Positions 30,301 to 42,300 of a stretch of DNA of 64,000 nucleotides are shown here, in pieces. Both the position numbers and the translations under genes were made by a program. The notes below the pieces were generated by a model. That model was not told the DNA's origin, searched no databases, and worked only from the letters and a program-made list of their open reading frames with translations. The stretch is from Phoronis australis (Eukaryota; Animalia; Phoronida). Location of the stretch: the NCBI GenBank assembly GCA_002633005.1, contig NMRA01000322.1, positions 1-64,000 of the forward strand. The letters run 5' to 3'. Positions within the stretch are counted from its first letter, which is position 1. Each line of letters opens with the position of its first letter.

Positions 30301-33300
30301 AATGGATAGCAGCCGTCTAGTCCCTGCTATGGTACTTGTCTAACATTTCATTGAGTATGAGATAAAGTAACCATTACAGCGTCAGTGCTCAGTCGATTTT
30401 TTGAAGTCCGTTTTAGCCGTCAGCTAATGGAAATGTCGCTTTTTTGTTTTAGCCACTTGCCACTCTGTAACTACATCGATAGGTGGCACCAGTTTCAAGT
30501 GGTCAACTGCACCGTTTAATACCAAGCAAAAAATAAAATGTCCAACTAGTGAAGAAAATAGCGTAGTGGATGGTTACATCACCAGGGAATGCAAACTTGT
30601 GGGGAATACTACCTTCTGGTCAACCGTGTCCGGAAAGTGCCCAAAGGTAAACTTTCAAGGGTCGGTATATTCGTTGATGCAATTTTTCAGAGCGTCTAAC
30701 TCAAGTGCAATGTCGTCTGTTGTATAGTGTAGGTGATTCGATGTTATTTTAAAGTACCTTTCCTTCCATGGCAGATATTAACAAAATACCATTTTTAACA
30801 AAGAAATTCCGGGGAGTAATCTTTATCCAAATGATTATAAAAAGAAATGCGTTGAAACATATCCACATTATGCAACATATTATTACTTAGTAATTAAGGA
30901 GTTTTCAGGCAGCACATCGTCATTTCATTTAGTGCCACGTGTGTTGCTCCATCTTGAAAAATACATGTACCTGCAGTTATTTGTTTTTGTTCATAGCTCT
31001 TATCGGTGTTACATTTCAGGTGCTATCTGTTGCCAGAGCTCTCACCGGGTTAAGACAGACTAAAACTGAACTGTCTGATACTCGAGTCGTGAGCTACAAA
31101 GACATTCTCCGCACGATAAATATTGTTGAAGAAGCAGCAGAGCTTGCTACCAAGAACTTTGAGGTAAAATACAAACAGTTGTGTCTTTTTTAAAACTACG
31201 GCTGTTGTGGAGCGACACTTGAATGAAATACCAAATTCTTCCAAGTTCTCTGAGAAGATGACGTAAAACAATTCCTTATTGCAACCAAATCATTTGTTAT
31301 GTTATGTTTTATTCCTTCAAGCATTGTGCTTGTTGTTTACAAAAAGAATCATGCCAACTGGACATCCCATAAATACTTGTGTCACATCAAATTGGCGTTT
31401 ATTATGATTCACAGTATTCATTTTGCTCCCTTTAACAGTTTAGTCCGTTTAGGCCCCTTAAGTGCATGTTGAATAACTATGTCAAAATGAATAAAATCTA
31501 CAGACAGACCTGGTCTAAAGTGAGGCTAGCCTAAGTTTAAATGCAGTTGACATTTCACAAAGGAGGCATAACCGTTGGCACAGAGGTTTAATAAAGCCTT
31601 CCACCTTACTCTATTAAGTCTATTTTGGCCCACTATGTTAAACTGTACGTGTAGATGATAGAGCTTCGTCATATCCTGTTCAAATACCGATATTGCCCCT
31701 CGAATCAGCGGTTTGATGATAATCAAGTGCAACTGGAGCATCGAAAAAGGAACAAAAAGACCGAGTTTTCTTTGGTTGTCCGGAACTTCTATCTTACTAT
31801 ATTTTGTAACAAAGTTTTTTTATCCCTAAAACTGCTTACCATCAATGACCGCACAAACAACAGAAAAATAAGTAGAATTCACTAAAGTTCGGTTTGAAAG
31901 AATAGACTAATTTGCCTATGGGAAGTGTGTCTCAAAATGAGCCACGAAACCTTCGATTTTTTAAATATTGGATGGAAAAGAACAAAAATGTAGAGTTACA
32001 TGTACGAGTTGGCCTGACAGTTCACGTCAAGGCGTGAGAGTGCGACAGCAAATAGATGAATAAGCTACAATGTATTCAATTATTCTCCACTTGGCGTACA
32101 TGTAAGCTATTAGTTCAGCTATTGTTCATTTGAGACAGACATCTTAGCCCGTGTTTCACCGTCTGCGGCAACCTTAAGAGCTGTTACCCCCAGGGTTTCA
32201 CTCTAGGAACTAGATCTCTTACTGGTTTCTAGTTTCACTGAATGATCATTGCCTGTATCTCATACTTTACATGTACCTATCATCATTACAAAATGTCTTT
32301 GTGAAGAATTCCTTTCCTTGTCTCCAAGGTTGCCAGAGCCATGGTGGATGTTGTAGATGACATGATGAATGTCGACTATAAAACTGTTGCTGTAAACAAC
32401 ACGGGAAACAGGTATGAGCACTCTTTCATAGCAGTAGAGGCAATATGTACCTTGTAGCTTGTACCTAGGCATTGTTCATCCACTGCAGGATGTAGCCCTT
32501 CGACAACGCCTTCCATTTTTTCTGTCTCTTGCTGCTCTCATCCAGTAGCAATATATTTGTTAATAATATAGTGATGCATAAACGCATCCAGCTTGTAAGA
32601 CACTGGTTACATAGTAGTATGTAAACATCCCTTGCGTTTAAAAAATCCTTTTTAAACATAATGAAGCTCCCTGAAAAAATAGCTATTAAAAATTAGATCG
32701 TTTTAACAATGGTGTAAAAACGTCAACTGTCCTTTCATGTGTACTTGTTATTTCAAAGCTACGACTTCGCGTGCTTATCCTCATGCTTTGTTAATAAATG
32801 TACTGAATTCCCCTGATGGAAATGAGATCTTAGCGACTTACACTAACTCGCGGTGATAAGCAATTTAATGGGCCTTGTCTAAAGCAATACTTACTTTTCA
32901 ATTCTTTCAAAGTTTAGCCAGAATTTTTATTTGAGTAAAAAATAACAAAAGACCGAGCTTTAACAGTCAGTGTCCTTAACTCAAGTTTTGACATTTTATT
33001 TTTTCCACTCTTTCCAATAATATAATGGTATTCACAACTAGTTTAGAAAATCGCTCATCCTCACATCCCTCACTCAGACAAACACAGACACAGTCCCAGT
33101 TCACTAGTATAAAAAGTAGAGTATTCAGTCCAATGTTCTCCATGATAGCAAGTAGCAGCACATATTAATAAACACAACGGATTTAAAACAGCTTGACATA
33201 TTTCGGTGTCGTTTATTGAAACACAATCATCAGAAGAAGAGAAAACATAGTGTCCACCTAGCTAGGCCCAATAAACGACACCAAAACATGTCAAGCCGTT

Positions 33301-36300
33301 TTAAATGCGTTGTTGTTTTTATTAAATAAGTCCAATGTTGTTTTAAAGAAGGCCCCGACTTCTTGCCAATTTTCCATAATTGTGAAATCAGTCAGGCCAA
33401 GTCGGAAGCTGTTTGTGAACAGCAATTTGAGTTTTGTTTACTTAATAAACCTGCGCGTTCTGTCAAAAACTAAGTTTTCAATTAGTTCATTTAGAAAGAT
33501 AAATTTCTGATCTTGTTTCTTACTCAGATTGAATGATTTTTAGCTTATGTTACAGAATTATAGAATGCTTATACCCTGGTACCCGTGGTAGATTATAATA
33601 AAGATTTTGACAAGGGTACCAGCGAACGGATGTTCACCTCCCGTGTGTTCCAGCGTCGACTTCCGGCTTGATGCCCTGCATTTACCGCGACATTTCCGAG
33701 GCACTCGTATGAGCAAGTTCAATGAGGGCTTTCTCAACATACACTGTCGGAAGTCCAAGAGCATGCTCCGTTTAAAAGCAAACGAAACCCAGAACAGTCG
33801 CGCTACAAGGAAAAAATGCAGCCTTCGTTGTATTTCCCAAAAATATTTTCATAAGAAATTTTTGTTGTGTTGACTCGGTGATTCTTTTATTAGAACAGTG
33901 GCGGTTTCAGGGGGGACGGGCATGGCCCCCCTAACATTCTTTCAGATTCTATTTGGCAATTCGGGGATGCGAATGTCTGACGGGCAAAATCTTGGCTATA
34001 CTCTGCCCTGCCCCCCTCCCAACCTTAAGTCCTCGATCCGCCCTTGTAGATAAAGCGTGAATCACAAGATGAACGCAAGATAGATTCATGAAACGATCGA
34101 GTTACGACAAGGTAAAAATTACACAGCCAGTGATACCGACTCTCACCTGATTCAAGCCTTAAACAGCAGTAATCAATAGATGATTTCGGTCTGGCGATAT
34201 GAGAGTTGCGTTGTTTCGAACTTAGTGTTTCCTACACATTTCCCTTGTCCGAAATTCGCGGGGACAGAAATCGGATACTTATGACCTCCGAAATTCGTCA
34301 ACCCTGTACGCTTTTCATGGACCATGGCAAACTCATTTTGAAAATATGTAATTAATAATATCCAAATAGGACATTTCCCTGACATGTTTCGATGTGCGCT
34401 CCTCATTCTTAAACGTACACTGCAGCTTCAGATACATAGGTCAGTTTTCTGCAATTTTGAAGAAACATATCCACCATTTGTTTAGCGTTATTGCGATGGT
34501 CTTAAAATTCGTTTGGCTTTCACTAGCTTTAAGATCATTAGTCTGTTTTCGCCTAAAGACCGTTTGCCTTTTTACACGCTCACATGTCGTGTATTAATTA
34601 TGCTGCTGTGCCTGTTATGTTGGCGAAACGCGTCAACATCTAAATACCCATACATCTGGGCCTGTGTCTAACAGAGGTTCTAACATCTACAAACATCTGC
34701 ATGATCACCAGAATGCATGGCAGAATACCCAGTGTCTAATTTCAGTATCTTGGACACCGTGAGGACAAGACTATATACTTAAACTTAAGGAGGTCTTCAT
34801 TGAACAAAACCATCCCTGAATGTGCCAGTGCACCACCTTGGTCTCACGTTGTTTTGAGGTTATTGTCTAGAGTAAAAGCTTGTTCACCCTTGTGTTATTG
34901 ACCTCTCGTCTCACACCTGCATGACCTTTTACTGGTTACCTTGACCTTTATCTTATGCTAGTTCTCCCGTACCTTTGCGAATGAGGAGCAGCCCCTCCCC
35001 CCTAAATCCGCCACTGGGGAGTGCACCTCGAAACATGTCAGCGAAATGTTTGACTGTGCTTCTGCTAAACAGGTCTTTTGGAAATATTTATTCTCGTCCC
35101 AAAATGGCGGGCCGCCCGTAACGTGTTGAGTTGCTATGAATCCCGTCATTGTAATTCAATTGTACCACAAGTGATTCGATTTTAAAAATGAGCATTGCAC
35201 CTTTGCTGAAGGAAACAGAAATTTTCTTGTGAGTATCTTTTCCGTCGGCTAATAACAACGTCTAACAAATATCTTAACTCATTGAGCTAATTCCTCTACC
35301 TCTATTTGTCCGCAGGGTGAGGAAAATTGTGGAGTATTTTTGCCAAAATCTCCAGTTAAACACGTCACAATCACTGGAATTCAGGATGAAAAACTTTCGC
35401 GTGAAAGTTCAAAATGTCAATACAACTACTGCGAAGGAAGCGTCGATGAAGACACTTGTCAAAGATAACACGGTACGTATTTCAGTAGAAGTGACCAGTT
35501 TCTTTAAAATATATCTAATATTTTCGCTTCATTTTCAAGACTCATAAGCGGTTGAAAGTTTAATAACAGGCAAAATCGTATTCCAGAATGATAGTTCTTT
35601 ATAACAATGCCCATTTAAAAAAATCAGACGCCATTCAAAATAAAAATGTTTAGTTTAATATTGTTGAATTTCTGTGTTCCAACAAAATGTCTTCCACAGT
35701 TGACAGGCACTGAACTTAATTTTCGTGAACTCACGTGATATCTTTCGATTGATGGCGCGTGGAGGCATGACGTCCGAAGTCGTCGTCCAGAACCAATCAG
35801 ATGTCCTACCGGATTGACCAGGTGCATCCAGGGAGGTCAATTAAATGCAGCCAGTGTCTTCGAAAAAGCTTTTGTATTTGTCAACCAAACTCTGCACGCA
35901 TGCAAATGTTAAAAGCTACAGTTGAGCATTTGTGAGGATTTAATCATGTCTACTACATCACATAATCAGTTACTGAAAGAGATCGGTGGGTGCGCCAACA
36001 AACCGGCTTAGTGCTTATGTTCACGACTTCAGGTCCTCATATGTTATACAACGTACGTGTTTGTACCAGTGACTTCTCCCTCGTTCAAATACTTTTGCAT
36101 ATCACGAATCTCACATAATAACCAATGGTACAAACACTTACGTTGTTGATCTTCGAATTAAATCATAGGAGAGAATACCTGGTATTTTTGTTTTTGTCAC
36201 ATATTTGAAAAAGTTGGCTACATAACGGATTGATCCGCCATGTTCAATTTGACCGTTTTCTCCTTTATGATAATTTTCCTTGACCTTCGAGACACACTAT

Positions 36301-39300
36301 GTTATACAAATTGAAAACTAGCCGATTAATTCCCTGTACTCTCATTGAGTGCCAACTGGTTGCTCAAAGCCTTCATCAATTTAGACTCACGGGGGACTAT
36401 TAATTGCATTCATTTGATCTAATTGCGTGATACCAACTCATAAGAAACAGCGTCATCTTACTATCCATAACGTCAATATGTAACCGACTCTAGTTAATAA
36501 GTATACCAGGACTCTTGAACCATGAACGTAATTACAGTATCAGACATTTATTAAGTATTAAGGAAATTAAGTTTTGGTTTCTACTTTATTACATGGCTGA
36601 TTTCAAAAACTCCTCATTTTGAAAGGTGTGGAGGAGTTTCTTGGCTGTTTTAACGTCATAATTTAAAAAAAATTCACCTTACAGTGAATTGTTACAAGTG
36701 ATACACCACGATTTTGGAAATATCCGAAAATAAGTACTTGCATGACATTATGTTGCTTCATTATTTATATTCACGATATTGTCAAAGGGGGGACACTGCT
36801 TTGAGTAGGCTATCATGTACAGCAAGCAAACAGTGTGGTTTAGATGTCCCTGTTATTAATTTCAGAGTCACTTCATTTGTTCCCATAACGATGTGAGCTA
36901 TTTTTGCGGCAGTAATGGCAAGAATAATCATGATGATATGGCCAAAGGGTGACAAGAATAATCATGATGATATGTGTGAAGGATGACAAGAATAACTATG
37001 ATGATATGACTGAAGGGTGACAAGAATAATCATGATGATGTGACTGAAGGATGACAAGAATAATCATGATGATATGATTGAAGGGTCACAAAAATAATCA
37101 TGAGATATGACCGAAGGCTGACAAGAATAATCATGATGACATGTGTGAAGGGTGGCAAGAATAACCATGATGATGTGACTGAAGGATGACAAGAATAATC
37201 GTGATAATATGACTGAAGGGTGACAAGAATAATCACGATAATATGACTGAAGGGTGACAAGAATAATCACGATAATATGACTGAAGGATGACAAGAATAA
37301 TCAAGATAATATGACTGAAGGATGACAAGAATAATCATGATAATATGACTGAAGGGTGGCAAGAATAATCATGATAATATGACTGAAGGATGACAAGAAT
37401 AACTATGATGATATGAGTGAGGGGTGACTAGAATAATCATGATGATATGACTGAAGGGTGACAAGAATAATCACGATAATATGACTGAAGGGTGACAAGA
37501 ATAACAATGATGTTATGACTGAAGGCATGTAACAACTGTGAGGTTTACACATTGTCGCAATCCTTACTTTATATTTTTCAAAATATCTTTGCCAGAATTT
37601 CTTCTATATACGCCGAATAGGGTAACAAACGTGAACCATGGGTGTTGGGAAAGATGCCTCGCTGTGCTAGTTGACAGTCTTTATTATTGCCATCACCAGT
37701 AGCGAGCAGAAGGGGAGATGGCGGCGACAGGGCGACGGCCCCGGGCACCCACGGGGGGTGTCTAATCACTGAGAATAGACTTTTTGAAATCGTGACTGAT
37801 CTGTAATTAAATTGAGTGAAGTTTCTATTTCATGTTTCATCTTTATTACTTTTCTTAGTATAAGGATCCATGTATTTGAGTGGAAGAGCATCTAATAAAA
37901 ATCACCCCGGGAATGACCAAACCACTGCTCGCTACTGGCCATTAAGCTTTTGACATTTGACTGATTTCTTTCAGACGCTTGTATCAGACATTACAATTCC
38001 CAAGGAGGCACTGGATTTTGCAAATGATACGAGGTTGGCTCGGATTTCGTTTGTCTACTACATAAACAGCAATTTGTTTGTCAACGAAACCAACAACATG
38101 ACCGCTGATGCCGGAGTAATTACTGGGTCAATAGGTGGCGTAAGAGTTGACGGTTTAAATGGATGTGTCACATACATTTTACGTAATGAGGAGGTATGAA
38201 TTTCTCGCTGAACACTTATTGAATGTTGTCGATATCCGAGAAATGTTGAGTCTTATAAATGAGAGTAGACAGCGTATTTTTTCCTCACGGACCGTAAAAG
38301 CGTTCTCGTTAACAGCGTTCCTTTATCATTAAGTTCTGCACTATTTTTCTGTTACGAATAGCTACATCCCAGTGCGTATATCGATCCTGAGTTGTTTTGT
38401 TCACATTGTTCCAGGCACGTTAGCTGGGCAGATAGTGGAAAAATCATGCATTTGATGATAAAAGCACCAAAATTGGCATGGTGACTTCCTAAGGTAAACT
38501 CAACAGATCTACCCGACCAGCCACCTAAAAATCCAAAATGGCCGCCATTTTTCAAAATGGCCGCCATTTTTCAAAATGGCCGCCATTTGGTGCTTGCGGG
38601 TAACGCTTTTCCTCATAAATCTGTCTCTGCCCAACCGATTTTCATGAACTTGTCAAATTGTATGTTTTTGATATGCTAATTTCATTTTGGATATTTCCAG
38701 AAGCATTGTAACACCATGTGGGCAACTATTGATAAAATAAACAAAAATTACAACATCAAAATGCATTTTATTAACGAAAAACGGAACTGTGCTCTCGAAC
38801 ATCATATACAAAATAAATGGACGGAATCATAAATCACAAACTTAGTCGAACATGAACATCAATTAATGCTAAAATAATATATTGTCCAGAATCTATTGTC
38901 TATTATAAATTCCTTTACTGAATTCGTTCACAACGACGTTACTGGTCACATACACAGCTACACAGAGCGGTACAAGACAGTCCTGCTCGGAAACATTTGC
39001 ACCTCCGGGTGCAGCCTTTTTTACAGCAGCATTTGGTCAATTCCTGGCAGCATGCAGCTATTGGTGGAAGGGTTGTCCAGTGTATTTTCCATGACTCTTC
39101 ACATTGAATCCAACCCCAGTCAGCAGGAGTGCTGGTTTGTGGGTTCGAGACAGTCGCCTGGCTCCAGATGATCCCACTTTGGTAGGCAGCACGTTTGACA
39201 TGCTTCCTCAAGGCATCTCTGGTTGGTGGAATCGCATCATAAGTCCTCTGCTTGCGGGCAAAGAGATCCAACCTTGCCTCGTTGACACCACTAGCTGCAC

Positions 39301-42300
39301 TGGATCTGTCATACATTACGACAACGAAGTTTTCCAGATTCTGCAGGTCATCGTCTGAACTTTCTCCCGGACAGTAGCTGAGTTTCTTGAAGGTTTCAGT
39401 AACATCATCACACACATCCCATGTCAGCCATGCAGATTTTTTTCCTTTGCTACGAAAACCTGAAACCACATCACAGCCTGTGAAAGCATGGAAGAAATGA
39501 ATACCGCAGAATTTCTCCGGCCCTATTGAAGAAACTACCTCGTGAACAGGAATCCACCGAGCACTGGCGTGTTCTAGCCCATGGTGTTGTAAGAATGGCA
39601 TGGTCGACACTGCTATGACGACAACATCAGTGTCGTTTGCTTTGATGATAATGGACTTAGTACCTTGTGAGGTCGCGTCCCTTGCATGTACAAACACTCT
39701 GGTGTCAGCTTCCTCATGGGAGCATGGGGCCACGGCATCCACGGACCTCATTCTGTTGCTGATGACATTATCCCCCTTTGTCACGATGATGGTGCTCGTT
39801 GTCTCGATGTCACGCGTTTTCTCTGCGAGGAAATTAAATAGTTCAGTCTTATTGCTATCCTCTCGCAGAAAGCTTCTCCAGTTTTGAGGCGTCTTGGTAC
39901 TTCCTGTTACTCTTCTCCTGATCCCAAGTCCTCTTTTGGTTCTGGTTTCAGACTTCAGGCTCAGCTTCTTGTAGACATCAAATACAATGTCCACCCGTTC
40001 GTATTTGGCAGCAAAGCACTTCAACTTTGGCAGAAAATCTTCTTTGACATAGTCATCAAATGACTTTGAGCTCCGCGGAGGTATGGCATTAATCAGAGCT
40101 GAGCCATCAATGATGATGGTATCTCCTTCTGGTTCGCTTTCTGGTAGAGTGACTCCGGATTCAAGAATGTCCGTCAGCTGTGACTTTTGAGATGCATGGA
40201 GCTTGCCATTGTCACTGACTGGAGCAGGAGCTGTCTGGTTCTCATGAGCGAAGAACTCCTGTAAATCACACTGTCTTACCTGGCAGGAGATGAATAGTCT
40301 GGAGAACAGATGACAGTCTTCTTCCATGATCTTTTCTTTGGAACTACAAGCAACCTTCTCATGTTTGAAGAAGGCAACCTCGTTCTTCTTTATGGGCCGG
40401 TAGAATGCACTTGTATCTTTACTCTCCAGGCCTTCTACAAATAACTTGAATTTTTGTTTTCCTCTCTCATGATGTGTTGCAACGAGATCAGCTAGCGCTG
40501 TATCTGCAATAGTCTTTGTGTGTAGAACCAGGAGGTCTGCTATCTCTTCTTGAAAAGGGTTGCCCATCTCCTTCAAGACTCTTTGTAGCGCCTTGACCTT
40601 CTCAAGGAATTCCCGTTGGGTCCTTGAATTCTGCTCGTGGTGTGTAGTGGTGATAGCTGTGTCCTTAACCCATGATATGGTTTCATAGCCTGCAACTAAA
40701 CGACTCACTTCTGGTCCAGCTACCATCCATCTCCTCAGTGCTGCAGGATCCTCAGTTAGCCCAACAGCTCCACTATCACTTTTGATGACTGCATTGCTTT
40801 GTTCGTGAGCTTGATCTATCGCCATTGCCGAAACCTCACATTTTGATTTGTAAATGACGAAGTTCCCCTTGTGAAACTCCCTGGTGACATCTGGGTGTTG
40901 GTGATCAAGAGACATCATGTCCCGCCAATGCATTGGGAGCCATCTGGCATAGTTCGTATTGTTGTTCGCGAAGAAGTATGGAATCAGTTCTGTCAAGGAT
41001 TCTCGGTAGAGTTCAAAGTCTCCTTCCCTAAAAGAGCGGATCAAGAGAAAGATGGCAAGCTCCATATCCAGCACCAGATTCCAAAACTGGAATTGTGGAC
41101 TCGTTCTCCTCTGCCTCTCACGCCAGTCTTCAAATGCCATAGGAGTATTTCCCGACACCTCACACTCGGAGCAGTAGTCACGGTGAGCTTCCTTCATCAA
41201 TATGTACAAGCTGCATGCTGTGATCTGGTGGGCAAGTCTTGTTCTGGTGACACTTGACACTGTCAGGAATGACTCTGCTGTACCAGATGACGCCACACTT
41301 GCTTCAGCAATAGCACTAGTCCAGCCACTGTCTTCTAGGAGTGTCCCTAGTGCAGCCATCTCAATGTGGAGTCCCCCGAACATGATGACGAACTTGTCCT
41401 CTCCATACTCCTCTGACCACTGGCACTGGATATGCTTAGCAAGAGCAAACAGTGGCTGGTCAACAGCTACAGGTGTATAACTGGGGTTTGTCCTGGGTTA
41501 AGGAAAGCCACTGTGTTTTGAATCTTATGCATGCAGTGCTTGATGGAGGCAACCGAGTGGGCCTGGTGACGAATCATAGGCATTAGTGAGATAATGCTCA
41601 CTTCGAATGACTGGCTCCTGTTCTGTGCAGCATGATGGGCTGCCCATGACACATTTACCCCGTCTCCAACGGTCTTCGTTAGTGATATCTTTTCCAACCA
41701 CATGTAATCTTCTTTCATATGTGACTTGACTGACTCGGGTGTTGGGTAAATATGACTTGTAATTGTAGGAGGATTGGGATTCTTTGTGATGTAAGCTGGT
41801 CGAACATTTGTGAAATCCTCAGGAAGCTCTGGGACTTTCTTGACCTTGACATCTGGATTGAGTTTCAGTGCTTCACGTTCTTCACCACGGTATTCAGAGC
41901 TTGGGTGCTGAAAGAGGGACATACTGGTACCATGGAAGGAAGATTGAGTTGTAGTTGCAGTCGGGTTGTGGTCAATGTTGTCCACCGCTGAAGTCGTGAA
42001 CACGTGCTTTTTCAGGACTGGTGTGCAGACGACTCCATCTTCAACGCCACAACAGCCTCTCCAAGCTGCGCAGAGACTTCAAGGACTCTATCGCAGGAAA
42101 CGCTGATTCCGTTCTCATGGAGCATCACAATCAGTTGCCTGTTTCTTGTTTTGGCAAAGACAGACAAGCCAACATACACGGCAAAGGGGGTCTCCCGGTC
42201 CTAGGCATGCCTGTTAAATTGTGATGCTTTCTTGGGTCGTGCAAAGCATTTGCACTGCAAGAGCTGTGCTATTGCAACGTCAGATTTTGATGCTCCGTGT

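Noticed and set aside
36912-37526. CRISPR-like array, or the repetitive hydrophobic ORFs at 37030-37294
   Set aside because: Pure tandem repeat with no unique spacers, in eukaryotic DNA. The ORFs are by-products of the repeat.
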